A DNA stretch of 64,000 nt from Alphaproteobacteria bacterium (lineage in GTDB: Bacteria; Pseudomonadota; Alphaproteobacteria; Dongiales; Dongiaceae): positions 3,149 through 67,148 of the forward strand of contig DAIMFL010000003.1 in the NCBI GenBank assembly GCA_036724615.1, read 5' to 3'. This document shows positions 40,455-49,771 of the stretch, one piece after another; the first letter of the stretch is position 1; each line of letters starts with the position of its first letter. The notes under the pieces were generated by a model. It ran no database searches. It saw only the letters and a list, made by a program, of their open reading frames with translations, and had not been told where the DNA came from. A program made the translations under genes and the position numbers.

Positions 40455-40481
40455 CGGACCGCACTGAACCAGTGCGGTCCG
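40455..40481 (+). terminator. 11-bp perfect hairpin CGGACCGCACT-gaacc-AGTGCGGTCCG after the small ORF
   Basis: Read directly, 7 nt after the stop codon. The trailing sequence TAAAGAAG is only weakly U-rich. Confidence 0.5.
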
Positions 40482-40675
40482 TAAAGAAGAGCGGCACCCG
40501 GTCAAGAGGTCGCCGCCAAGACAGACAGGGGGCGTTCCCGGCTGCCGGGAGGGCCTCTCTCAGCAGCCTGCAAATTCGACTTGCGGGCTGAGGTGGCGGG
40601 TTTCGCTACGCCTGCTGGCGCGGCGCATTTTGGCGTGCCCGTCGAAAACCAGTTAATCACACCCGAGTGTATCGG

Positions 40676-40683
40676 TTAACCAT
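40676..40683 (+). promoter_or_regulatory. TTAACCAT (CtrA half-site 8-mer), 139 bp upstream of the adhesin start
   Basis: Exact 8-mer. Embedded in GGTTAACCATCGAT, with a TTAAT 23 bp upstream. Confidence 0.3.
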
Positions 40684-40814
40684 CGATCCGGCTTGGCCCG
40701 GTTATCGTCTGCCGCCTACTCTCCCACGCAATCGAGGCAAAAACCTCAAAAACTCAATGCGTGGCCTGGCGGGCGTCCCAGTTGACGGCCGCCCTTGTGT
40801 GGAGAGAAGACCAG

Positions 40815-43800
40815 ATGACCGAGTCCACCGGGACGACTTTCGAGTCGGCGAGTTCTGCTGAGGATGTCGCGCTGACGCAGGGCGCGGCCGAAGCCGACGC
40901 TCCGGCCGTCCAGGTCGCGCAGGCGGCGGTCGAGGTGCCGATGCCGCAGCCCGGTGAGACGGTCCGTATCCCGGTCGCGGCCGGCCAGACCATCCGATTC
41001 GCCTTCGATGTCGCCGAGGCGCAGCCCTCCCAGGCGGACGGCGACCTGGTCCTCGAGATCAACGGCGGCACGGTCGTCCTCGAAGGATTCGGGACCGCCG
41101 CGTCCGGCGAGATCCTGCTCGAGATCACCAATGCCGACGGCACGGTGATCAACATGGCCGATTTCCTGGTCGCGCTCGGCATCTCGCCCGAGGCGGAGGT
41201 TCTGCCCGCCGCCGGCGGCGAGCCCGCCGGGGCGCTGCCCGGGACGGTGCCCAACGGAGGCGCCGGCTTCGCCCCCGGCCAGGCGCCGACCATCCTGGCC
41301 TCGCTCGACCCGACGGGTCCGGTCGATCCGAGCGCGCTGCTGTACCGGGTGCCGGAGCGCGAGCCGCGGCTGTTCGAGCTCGACGAGGAGCCCGACCCCG
41401 CCGGCGGCGAGATCGAGTCCTCCTTCACCACCACGATCGACGGCGGCGAGGGCGGCTACGGCTACGACCATCCGAGCGCGGTGATCGGCGAGTTCGCCGG
41501 CGGGTTCGAGGACTGGGCGCCCAACCAGCATCTCGGCGACGGCAGCCCGTCGCCGATGAAGCTCAATCTCGGCCTCGTGCCGACGGACAACGAGGAGCTC
41601 GTCTCCGTCACCATCTCGAACATTCCGGCCGGCGTCACGATCTTCGCACCGGGCCAGATGGTGCTCGGCAACGGCGGCAACGGCATCACCATCCAGGCGG
41701 CGGATCTCGACGACGTCTATGTCCTGCCCGCCGGCCAGACGGACGGCGATCTCGTCCTGGAGCTCTCGGCCGAGATCCGCGATCCCGACAGCGGCATCGT
41801 CAGCGAGATCACCGGCACGGTGACCGGCATCGTCGATGCCGCCGCCGACAAGCCGGAGGGCGTCGGGGCCGATGCGCCGGCCGAGGTGGGTCTCGGCACC
41901 GAGGTCACCTTCGAGGTCGAGGCGCAGTTCGGCGACTGGACCGACGGATCGGAAGCCCAGTTCCTGCTGGTCGAGCTGCCGGCCGGCTGGGGCAATCCGA
42001 ACGGCTATGCCACCGAGATCTTCGCCGCGGGCAACCCCTGGGGCATCCCGGAAGGCGTCTATGTCCGCGTTCCGGCCACGGTCGACGGCGGCACCGGGAT
42101 CGGGACCGCCCAGCTCACCCTGCAGGCCCCGGTGTCGCTGCCGCAGGGGACGGGCGCCGAGACCTTCCATTTCGGCGTCGTCGGCAAGTCGGTGGAGACG
42201 CCGGGAGACGGCGAGCTCACCGCCGCCAACGACGTGTCCTACACGCCGATCGGCGAGAGCAGCCAGCTGCCGGAGATTCCGGTCACCGTGGTGAAGCCGA
42301 CCATCTCCATCGACGACGTGACGGTCGACGAGGATGCCGGCACGGCGACCTTCACCGTGACGCTGCACGGCGCGGTCGGCGTCTCCGTGGCCCTGGGCTA
42401 TGCGACGGGCGACGGCAGCGCCGCGGATGGCGCGGGCGAGTCCGGCGCCGGGATTCCCGACTACGCCGCGACCTCGGGAAATCTCACCTTCCCGCCGAGC
42501 GATGCCGCGACCCAGACCCTGACCATCACGGTGCCGATCACCGACGACCAGGTGTTCGAGAATCCGGAATCCTTCCTGGTCGACCTGCTCGGCGTCGACG
42601 GCACGGTCGTCGACATTCCGGGCTCCGACCTGCAGGGTGTCGGGACGATCATCGACAACGACCCTGTGCCGGCGATCACGATCTCGGACGGCCAGCCTCT
42701 GCCACAAGAAGAGCCCGACGCCGCGGGCGATGCCCCCACGAAGATCGCCTTCACGGTGACCCTGTCGAACTCGTCGAGCCAGACGGTGACGGTCGCCTAT
42801 CACACCGTCAGCGGCACGGCCCTCGAAGGCGTCGATTTCGAGAACGAGTCCGGCCTGCTGACCTTCTTGCCCGGCGAGACCACGAAGACCATCGAGATCG
42901 AGGTCTCCGGCGACGATATCGACGAGCTGCTGGAGCAGTTCACCGTCGAGCTGACGTCGCCCACCAACGCATCCATTGCCGACGGCGAGGGTGTCGGCCA
43001 GATCGAAGACACCGACCCGACGCCGGTGCTCACGATCGACGACAGCTCGGTTAAAGAGGGCGGCAAGCTGACCTTCACCCTGTCGCTGTCGAACCCGAGC
43101 TCCGGCGATATCGTTCTCGACCTTGCCGCCGGGAAGCCCGGGTCGGCGACGCCGGGTGCCGATTACGAGACGGCGAGCTTCCAGTATTTCAACGGCACGA
43201 GTTGGGTTGCGGCCGGCGGCCCCGACGGCACGCTGGTGACGATTCCCGCCGGCCAGACCAGCCTCAAGGTGCGCATCGACTCCCACGAAGACTGGACCGA
43301 CGAGCCGAACGAGACCCTGACCCTGTCGGCGACCCCAACCGGGGACAGCGCCGCTGTCGATGCATCCGATTCGGGCTTCGGCACGATCATCGACGACGAC
43401 CCGGTCCCGACGCTCACCATCCTGGACACCGTGACGGTCGAGGGCGGTCCGCTGACCTTCGGCCTGGTGCTGTCGAACCCGAGCTCCGGCGACATCGTGC
43501 TCGACCTCGCCGCCGGGACGCCGGGCTCGGCGACGCCTGGCGTCGATTATGAGACGATGAGCTTCGAGTACTACGACGGCTCGAACTGGATGGCGGCGGG
43601 CGGCCCGAACGGCACCCAGGTCACCATTCCCGCGGGCAAGCTCGGCTTGCTGGTGCGCGTCGATTCCCACGAGGACAACATCGACGAAGCGCACGAGACG
43701 CTCACCCTGTCGGCCACGCCGGCGGCGGGCAGCGCCCCGGTGGATGCGTCCGACGCCGGCACCGGCCTCATCCTGGACGATGATGCCAAGCCGGTGCTGA

Positions 43801-46800
43801 CCATCGGCGACGCCTCGGCCACCGAGGGCGAGGGGCTGATCTTCACCCTCAGCCTGTCCAATCCGAGTGCGGGCGACATCGTCCTCAACCTGGCGGCGGG
43901 GAATCCGGGATCGGCGACGGGCGGAATCGATTACGAGACGCTGACCTTCGAGTATTTCGACGGCACGAACTGGGTCGCCGCGGGCGGTCCGAACGGAACC
44001 CAGGTCACGATCGGGGCCGGGCAGACCAGCCTGCAGGTGCGCGTCGACTCGCTCGAGGACGGGATCCACGAGCTGAGCGAGACCTTCACCCTGTCGGCGG
44101 CGAAGGCGGCCGGCAGCGCCGACGTGGCGACGGGCGACAAGGGCACGGGCACGATCCTCGACGACGATCCCCAGCCGACGATCTCGATCTCCGACGGCCA
44201 GCCCGTGTCGCAGGCCGAGCCGGACGCCGCGAGCGACGCACCGACCAGGATCTCCTTCACCGTGACCTTGTCGAACCCGTCGAGCCAGGCGGTGACGGTC
44301 GCTTATCAGACCGTCGGCGGCACGGCGCTCGAGGGTATCGATTTCGAGAGCAAGTCCGGGCTGATCACCTTCGCGCCGGGTGAGATCACGAAGACCATCG
44401 AGGTCGACGTCTACGGCGACGACATCGACGAGCTGCTGGAGCAGTTCACCGTCGAGCTGTCCGCGCCGGTCAACGCGACGATCCTGGATGGGCAGGGCAT
44501 CGGCAAGATCGCCGATGTCGATGCGGCCCCAGTGCTGACCATAGGCAACGCCTCGGCCAGCGAGGGTGACGGGCTGGTCTTCACCCTCAGCTTGTCGAAT
44601 CCGAGCGCGGGCGACATCGTGCTCGACCTGGCCGCCGGTATGCCGGGCTCGGCCACGCCTGACGTCGACTACGCCACGACGGCCTTCGAGTACTTCGACG
44701 GCGCCAACTGGGTGGCGGCCGGCGGCCCCGACGGCACGCTGGTCACCATCCCGGCCGGCCAGACGCAGCTCCAGGTGCGGGTCGGCACGATCGAGGACTC
44801 GACCAACGAACCCGACGAGACGCTGACCCTGTCGGCTACGCCGGCGGCCGGCAGCGCCGATGTGGACACGAGCGACACCGGCACCGGTACCATCCTCGAC
44901 GACGAGCCGGCGCCCGAGGTCTCGATCAGCGACGCGCAGGCGAGCGAGGGCGATCCGCTGGTGTTCACGGTCTCGCTCAGTGGTCCCACCAGCGAGGACG
45001 TGGTGCTGGCGCTGCAGGCCGGCACGCCGGGCTCGGCGGCTCCGGGCACCGACTACGAGACGACGACGTTCCGCTACAGCATCGACGGCGGCGCGACCTG
45101 GATCGACGCCGCGAACGGCAACGAGGTGACGATCCCGGCCGGCACGACCGCGATCCTGGTCGAGGTCGAGACCACCGAGGACGGCACGGTCGAGTCCGAC
45201 GAGACCATGACTCTCTCGGTCGGCTCGGTGGCCTCGGGTGCGCTCTCCGGCTGGTCCGATACCGGGACGGGCATGATCGTCGACGACGACGTGTCGTTCC
45301 AGGTGACGGTGACCTCCGAGGGCGCGGCGAACGACCTGCCGACCCAGTCCGCGACGATCGGAGAGGAAAGCTCGTCCGACGATCAAGGCCAGTTCCAGAT
45401 CGCGATGAACGGCTTCCCGCTCTCCGGCGCCGGCCAGGCGTCGGTGACGGTGACGATCGGCGGCGATGCCGCGGCCGGCGCCGGCGGCGACTTCACCCAG
45501 GCAGTGGCGGCGGCGATCCAGGCCGGCGCCGCGGCGGCCGGGGTCGGCTTCGTCGACAACGGCAACGGCACGGTCACGCTGACCTGGAGCGCTGCGTCCA
45601 CCGCCGCGACGGTGCTGGTCGATCTGACCGCCGTCGACGACGACCTGGCGGAGACGCTCGAATCCCTGACGCTCTCCCTCGGCACGCCGGCGGCAACGGG
45701 CGGCACGGCCTCGGTCGTCGCCGGCCAGGACTCGGCCGAGCTGCAGATCACGGACGCGGACAACGCCATCACCTTCTCGATCGCGGCCGACAAGGAGGCG
45801 ATCAGCGAGGAGGGGGCGGAGGCCGCCACCTTCACCCTCAGCCTGGGCGGCTTCCCGCTCGCCGCCGGCAACACCGCCTCGGTCGAGGTCTCGGCCGGCG
45901 GCAGCGCCGGCGCGGCCGATTACGGCCCGGCGCTCCTCGCCGCGCTGCAGAACGCGGTGGCCGGCCTGCCGGGGGTGAATCTCATCGGCTCGACGCTCAC
46001 CTTCACCTCGGCCTATGACGGCAGCCCGATCAGCTTCACGGTGAGCGCCACCGACGACAGCCTGGTCGAGGGCGTCGAGACCATCGTCGCGAGCCTCGCC
46101 AATCCCAGCATCGGCGCCGGCACGGCCGCGATCCTCGTCCCCTCCGACACGGTGAACATCACCGAGATCGACAATGCCGTCACCTTCGCGATCGCCGTCA
46201 GCTCGGAGGACGCGTCCAACGACGCGGGCTCGCAGTCCGCGACGGTGAACGAGGAGACCGCGGCCGACAATCTCGGCACGTTCCAGATCGCCATGAGCGG
46301 CGGCCCGCTCACCGGATCGAACCAGGCGTCGGTCACGGTCACGATCGGCGGCGACGCGGAGAGCGGAGCTGGCGGCGACTTCACTCAGGCGGTGGCGGCG
46401 GCGATCCAGGCCGGCGCCGCGGCGGCCAATGTCGGCTTCGTCGACAACGGCAACGGCACGGTGACGCTCACCTGGAGCTCGGCCTCCACCGCGCAGACGG
46501 TGGAGATCGATCTGACGGCGTTCGACGACGACCACCCGGACAGCCCGGAAACCCTCAGCCTGTCGCTCGGCGCCCCGGCGATCACCAACGGCAGCGCCGC
46601 CATCGGAGGCGGGCAGGACTCGGCCACACTGACCGTCACCGACGACGACGAATACGTGCCGGATGCGGTCTCCGAGGAGGTCAGCGTCGTCGAAGGATCG
46701 CTGATCGACTACAACCTCATGCTGGTCATCGACAAGTCGGGCAGCATGGACGACGACGACCTTCTGCCCGGGCCCGGATTCCTCAGCCGGCTGCAGCTCG

Positions 46801-49628
46801 CGATCGACGCGCTGAAGAACATGCTCGAGGCCTACGACTCGGCAGCAGGGGACATCCAGGTCCAGATCGTGACCTTCGACTCCACAGCGCAGGGCGTGTT
46901 CCCCACACCGGGCACGTTCTACACGGTCGCGCAGGCGATCCAGAAACTGAACCAGATCGCCGCGAACGGCGCGGGCGGCAACACCGACTACGACGACGCC
47001 ACCGAGCTCGCGGCCGGCGCCTTCCCGAACTGGCCGGACGCCTCGGCCACGCAGAAGAACATCGTCTACTTCCTGTCGGACGGCGATCCGAACCCGAACT
47101 CTGATGCGCTGAACGACAGCGAGCAGGCGGCGTGGCAGGACGCGCTCGACGAGAAGGGCATCGAGGTGATCGCGGTCGGCGTGGGCGACGGCATCACCGA
47201 CACGACCGAGCTCGGGAAGGTGGCCTACCCGGCCGACAACGTGATCCTCGTCGAGAACGACACCGAGCTCGGCGCGGCCCTGCTCGGGACCCTGCCGAAC
47301 ATCCTCTCCGGCAACGTCCTCGACAACGGCGATGCCCATGGCGGCGACGGCTGGGGCGCGCCGAAGATCGTGTCCGTCGAGCATGACGGGGTGGTGTACA
47401 CCACCGCCTCGGCCGGCTACGACGCCGCGTCCCAGACGCTCACCATCACCACCGATCTCGGCGGCAAGCTCTCCATCAGCTTCGCCACCGGCCAGTACAC
47501 CTATCAGGCGCCGAACGTGAACCACGCGACGACGCCCGACCCGGTGGAGGAATTCACCTATACGATCCAGGACGCGAACGGCGACACCGACTCCGCCACC
47601 CTCACGATCCGGGTCGAGGACGGCGAGCCGGTCGCCTACGACAACTACGCGGAAGTGACCGAGGGCCGCCTGGTCGAGCAGACCACGCTGGTCGAGGGCT
47701 TCGAGAAGGACAGCGGCTGGAAACGCGTGGGCGACGCCTGGCGGTCCGACGATCACGATACTCAGGGCAACCGCTCGGCGGCCATGTCGACCAGCTCGTG
47801 GTACGGGGCGAAATCCATCTGGTCGCTCGAATCGGACCTCGGTCTCCCGGCCGGGACTATAAAGAACCTCCTCGGAAACGGAGAGCCTAACAATCCCGTC
47901 GAAGGCTCAGGAGTCGCCAAGAGCTTCGTCGTAAATACTACCGAAAATTCTGTAGATATCGCCTTCGACTGGCATTTCGACGCTAGCTCGTCCGGTTACA
48001 ACGACGCGGCCGTGTATTTCATCAAGGTTGACGGCGTCGTCGTGAAGAGCGCTGTCCTGCAGCGCAAGTCCGATGGCGACGATAGCGGCACGGAAGAGGT
48101 CACTCTGTCCGTGACGCCCGGCAGTCACACCGTCGAGGTGATCTGGGCGGCCGTCGATGTTCGGGACGACTACGATAACTCCACCCTCTACGTCGACAAC
48201 CTCACCATGACCGACATGGTGCCGACCACGGACAACGTCGTGACCGGCAATGTCATCGCCGACGCCAACGACGATCCGCTGAGCGGCGATCCGGTGGGCG
48301 GGCGCGACGTCATGGGCTCGGACGGGGCCACGCTCACCCGCATCGACTATGTGGATGCGGGCGGCAACTCAGCCTTCGCCCTGGTGCCGGCGAGCGGCGC
48401 CTCGGTGACCGTCGAGACGCAGAACGGCTTCCTCACCGTCGACAAGTCCGGCAGCTACAGCTACGCGGCAAAGGTCAACGCCGTAACGTCGGGCGCGGTG
48501 GAGCAGGACGAGTTCACCTACACCCTGACCGATGGCGACGGCGACACCGATACGGCGAAGCTCACGATCGACATCCATGACTCGGTACTGCCGCCGCCGG
48601 CGGAGCCGGCCAGCATCCTGAGCGGCACGATCGTCACGAACACCAACGTGGCGCATCAGCCGCTGCGGCTGACGCTCACCCAGCTCGGCAACCCGCTGAA
48701 CAGCTTCTCGACCGTGCTGATGCTGGACAGCCAGGGACAGCAGAGCTCGGCGCTGGACTTCGCGGTCGATGTCGGCTTCGCGATCGACAACAGCCAGCAG
48801 TACCTGGTCACGCTGACCTCGCTCAACGGCGAGAAGGTGAACGTCACCGACTTCGTCCTCGAGGGGGTGACGATCAAGGATCAGAGCGGGAACATCCAGC
48901 TCGGCTTCCCGAACACCGGGGACGGCCTGACCCAGGTCATCCAGCCGAACGCGCCGGGCACCGCCGGAATCCCGGGCGACGACAAGGACGTCGTGTACTC
49001 GGACGACAGCGCGCCCTTCGCCGCCGGGCCGACCACCGCCCAGGCGCAGGCCGGAGCCTCCGTGCCCTACATCCAGGGCACCGGCGGCGACGACACGCTC
49101 ACCGGGTCGGACGGCATCGACGTGATCGCCGGCGGGGCCGGGGACGACACGATCTACGGCGGCGGCGAGATGGACCTGCTGTTCGGCGACGCCGGCGACG
49201 ACCTGCTGTTCGGCGGAGCCGGGGACGACGTGATCCATGGCGGCGCCGGCAACGACGTGATCGTGGGCGGGCAGGGCGCCGACCGGATCGACGTCTCGGC
49301 GGGCAGCGACACCGTCGTGTATCAGAGCGTCCTCGATGGCGGCGACCTGATCACCGGCTTCAGCGCCTCCGGCGCCGGCCGGGACTTCGTCGATCTCGAC
49401 ACGCTGTTCGACACGCTGAACGGCGGGATCGAGGCGGAGAGCCGCGCGGGCCGCGTCCAGCTGGTCCAGAACGGCGACGACGTGACCGTCAATATCGACG
49501 TGTCGGCCGGGACGGGCCCGGGGGACGGCTCGAACTACGTCACCCTGGCGACGATCCAGGGCGTGTCGGTGAGCGACCTGTCCGTCGGCACCGGCCCGGC
49601 CGACGACATCCAGACCGGCGTCGGCTGA
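40815..49628 (+). CDS. giant RTX-type adhesin (2,937 aa): N-terminal retention-like region, Calx-beta arrays, VWA domain, VCBS/cadherin-like modules, GGxGxD repeats, T1SS C-terminal signal
   Basis: ORF 40761..49628, trimmed to MTESTG (GGAGAG SD). Repeated ...DYE...F..G.....I.I.DD Calx-beta pattern. MIDAS LVIDKSGSMDD. FTYTIQDANGDTDSATLTI and FTYTLTDGDGDTDTAKLTI modules. GGAGDDTIYGG...GGAGNDVIVGG nonapeptides. Followed by ABC/MFP/OMP genes. Confidence 0.92.
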   Translation: MTESTGTTFESASSAEDVALTQGAAEADAPAVQVAQAAVEVPMPQPGETVRIPVAAGQTIRFAFDVAEAQPSQADGDLVLEINGGTVVLEGFGTAASGEILLEITNADGTVINMADFLVALGISPEAEVLPAAGGEPAGALPGTVPNGGAGFAPGQAPTILASLDPTGPVDPSALLYRVPEREPRLFELDEEPDPAGGEIESSFTTTIDGGEGGYGYDHPSAVIGEFAGGFEDWAPNQHLGDGSPSPMKLNLGLVPTDNEELVSVTISNIPAGVTIFAPGQMVLGNGGNGITIQAADLDDVYVLPAGQTDGDLVLELSAEIRDPDSGIVSEITGTVTGIVDAAADKPEGVGADAPAEVGLGTEVTFEVEAQFGDWTDGSEAQFLLVELPAGWGNPNGYATEIFAAGNPWGIPEGVYVRVPATVDGGTGIGTAQLTLQAPVSLPQGTGAETFHFGVVGKSVETPGDGELTAANDVSYTPIGESSQLPEIPVTVVKPTISIDDVTVDEDAGTATFTVTLHGAVGVSVALGYATGDGSAADGAGESGAGIPDYAATSGNLTFPPSDAATQTLTITVPITDDQVFENPESFLVDLLGVDGTVVDIPGSDLQGVGTIIDNDPVPAITISDGQPLPQEEPDAAGDAPTKIAFTVTLSNSSSQTVTVAYHTVSGTALEGVDFENESGLLTFLPGETTKTIEIEVSGDDIDELLEQFTVELTSPTNASIADGEGVGQIEDTDPTPVLTIDDSSVKEGGKLTFTLSLSNPSSGDIVLDLAAGKPGSATPGADYETASFQYFNGTSWVAAGGPDGTLVTIPAGQTSLKVRIDSHEDWTDEPNETLTLSATPTGDSAAVDASDSGFGTIIDDDPVPTLTILDTVTVEGGPLTFGLVLSNPSSGDIVLDLAAGTPGSATPGVDYETMSFEYYDGSNWMAAGGPNGTQVTIPAGKLGLLVRVDSHEDNIDEAHETLTLSATPAAGSAPVDASDAGTGLILDDDAKPVLTIGDASATEGEGLIFTLSLSNPSAGDIVLNLAAGNPGSATGGIDYETLTFEYFDGTNWVAAGGPNGTQVTIGAGQTSLQVRVDSLEDGIHELSETFTLSAAKAAGSADVATGDKGTGTILDDDPQPTISISDGQPVSQAEPDAASDAPTRISFTVTLSNPSSQAVTVAYQTVGGTALEGIDFESKSGLITFAPGEITKTIEVDVYGDDIDELLEQFTVELSAPVNATILDGQGIGKIADVDAAPVLTIGNASASEGDGLVFTLSLSNPSAGDIVLDLAAGMPGSATPDVDYATTAFEYFDGANWVAAGGPDGTLVTIPAGQTQLQVRVGTIEDSTNEPDETLTLSATPAAGSADVDTSDTGTGTILDDEPAPEVSISDAQASEGDPLVFTVSLSGPTSEDVVLALQAGTPGSAAPGTDYETTTFRYSIDGGATWIDAANGNEVTIPAGTTAILVEVETTEDGTVESDETMTLSVGSVASGALSGWSDTGTGMIVDDDVSFQVTVTSEGAANDLPTQSATIGEESSSDDQGQFQIAMNGFPLSGAGQASVTVTIGGDAAAGAGGDFTQAVAAAIQAGAAAAGVGFVDNGNGTVTLTWSAASTAATVLVDLTAVDDDLAETLESLTLSLGTPAATGGTASVVAGQDSAELQITDADNAITFSIAADKEAISEEGAEAATFTLSLGGFPLAAGNTASVEVSAGGSAGAADYGPALLAALQNAVAGLPGVNLIGSTLTFTSAYDGSPISFTVSATDDSLVEGVETIVASLANPSIGAGTAAILVPSDTVNITEIDNAVTFAIAVSSEDASNDAGSQSATVNEETAADNLGTFQIAMSGGPLTGSNQASVTVTIGGDAESGAGGDFTQAVAAAIQAGAAAANVGFVDNGNGTVTLTWSSASTAQTVEIDLTAFDDDHPDSPETLSLSLGAPAITNGSAAIGGGQDSATLTVTDDDEYVPDAVSEEVSVVEGSLIDYNLMLVIDKSGSMDDDDLLPGPGFLSRLQLAIDALKNMLEAYDSAAGDIQVQIVTFDSTAQGVFPTPGTFYTVAQAIQKLNQIAANGAGGNTDYDDATELAAGAFPNWPDASATQKNIVYFLSDGDPNPNSDALNDSEQAAWQDALDEKGIEVIAVGVGDGITDTTELGKVAYPADNVILVENDTELGAALLGTLPNILSGNVLDNGDAHGGDGWGAPKIVSVEHDGVVYTTASAGYDAASQTLTITTDLGGKLSISFATGQYTYQAPNVNHATTPDPVEEFTYTIQDANGDTDSATLTIRVEDGEPVAYDNYAEVTEGRLVEQTTLVEGFEKDSGWKRVGDAWRSDDHDTQGNRSAAMSTSSWYGAKSIWSLESDLGLPAGTIKNLLGNGEPNNPVEGSGVAKSFVVNTTENSVDIAFDWHFDASSSGYNDAAVYFIKVDGVVVKSAVLQRKSDGDDSGTEEVTLSVTPGSHTVEVIWAAVDVRDDYDNSTLYVDNLTMTDMVPTTDNVVTGNVIADANDDPLSGDPVGGRDVMGSDGATLTRIDYVDAGGNSAFALVPASGASVTVETQNGFLTVDKSGSYSYAAKVNAVTSGAVEQDEFTYTLTDGDGDTDTAKLTIDIHDSVLPPPAEPASILSGTIVTNTNVAHQPLRLTLTQLGNPLNSFSTVLMLDSQGQQSSALDFAVDVGFAIDNSQQYLVTLTSLNGEKVNVTDFVLEGVTIKDQSGNIQLGFPNTGDGLTQVIQPNAPGTAGIPGDDKDVVYSDDSAPFAAGPTTAQAQAGASVPYIQGTGGDDTLTGSDGIDVIAGGAGDDTIYGGGEMDLLFGDAGDDLLFGGAGDDVIHGGAGNDVIVGGQGADRIDVSAGSDTVVYQSVLDGGDLITGFSASGAGRDFVDLDTLFDTLNGGIEAESRAGRVQLVQNGDDVTVNIDVSAGTGPGDGSNYVTLATIQGVSVSDLSVGTGPADDIQTGVG
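42297..45290 (+). repeat. eight tandem ~375-bp Calx-beta-encoding repeats, organised as a ~1,506-bp super-repeat
   Basis: Modules start at about 42297, 42661, 43018, 43400, 43785, 44168, 44520 and 44905. Two subtypes occur. Type A is ...ISDGQP..EPDAA.DAPT.I.FTVTLSN... Type B is ...SNPS.GDIVL.LAAG.PGSATPG.DYE... A 36-nt exact match (ATCGACGAGCTGCTGGAGCAGTTCACCGTCGAGCTG) occurs at 42918 and 44424. Confidence 0.8.
45291..46650 (+). repeat. ~887-bp internal duplication encoding further Calx-like modules
   Basis: GGCGGCGACTTCAC(C/T)CAGGC(A/G)GTGGCGGCGGCGATCCAGGCCGGCGCCGCGGCGGCC... occurs at 45484 and 46371. The peptides ...ASVTVTIGGDA..GAGGDFTQAVAAAIQAGAAAA.VGFVDNGNGTVTLTWS.AST are near-identical. 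Confidence 0.75.
49077..49292 (+). repeat. RTX nonapeptide (GGxGxDxxx) calcium-binding repeat block
   Basis: GTGGDDTLTGSDGIDVIAGGAGDDTIYGGGEMDLLFGDAGDDLLFGGAGDDVIHGGAGNDVIVGGQGADRI. Confidence 0.9.
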
Positions 49629-49771
49629 CGCCGATCCGGCCGGGGCGACCCTGCCACGTAGGCGGGGCCGTCCCGGAGCGGCCGGAGGGTGATCGCCGTC
49701 ACCGCAAGGCAGGCTCAGGCTTCCCCCGCGGCTTTCTTCCGGCAAAAAAGGCCCCAGGCTGTGGCGGGGCG

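Noticed and set aside
40667-40861. 64-aa ORF in the adhesin leader
   Set aside because: It overlaps the adhesin start in another frame, has no SD, and shows poor coding character (Arg/Pro-rich, low GC3 periodicity).
42297-46650. Regularly spaced DNA repeats that might be mistaken for a CRISPR array or satellite
   Set aside because: Repeat units are 375-1,506 bp, in-frame and protein-coding (Calx-beta modules). There are no short palindromic repeats with unique spacers and no cas genes in the window.
40746-47756. 2,336-aa ORF on the minus strand, the second-longest in the track
   Set aside because: It is an antisense shadow of the adhesin gene. Its translation is Arg/Gly/Asp/Val low-complexity with no domain pattern. 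The + strand frame gives clear Calx-beta, VWA and RTX motifs and is followed by its exporter. The ORF ends exactly where local GC drops, as expected for a composition artefact.
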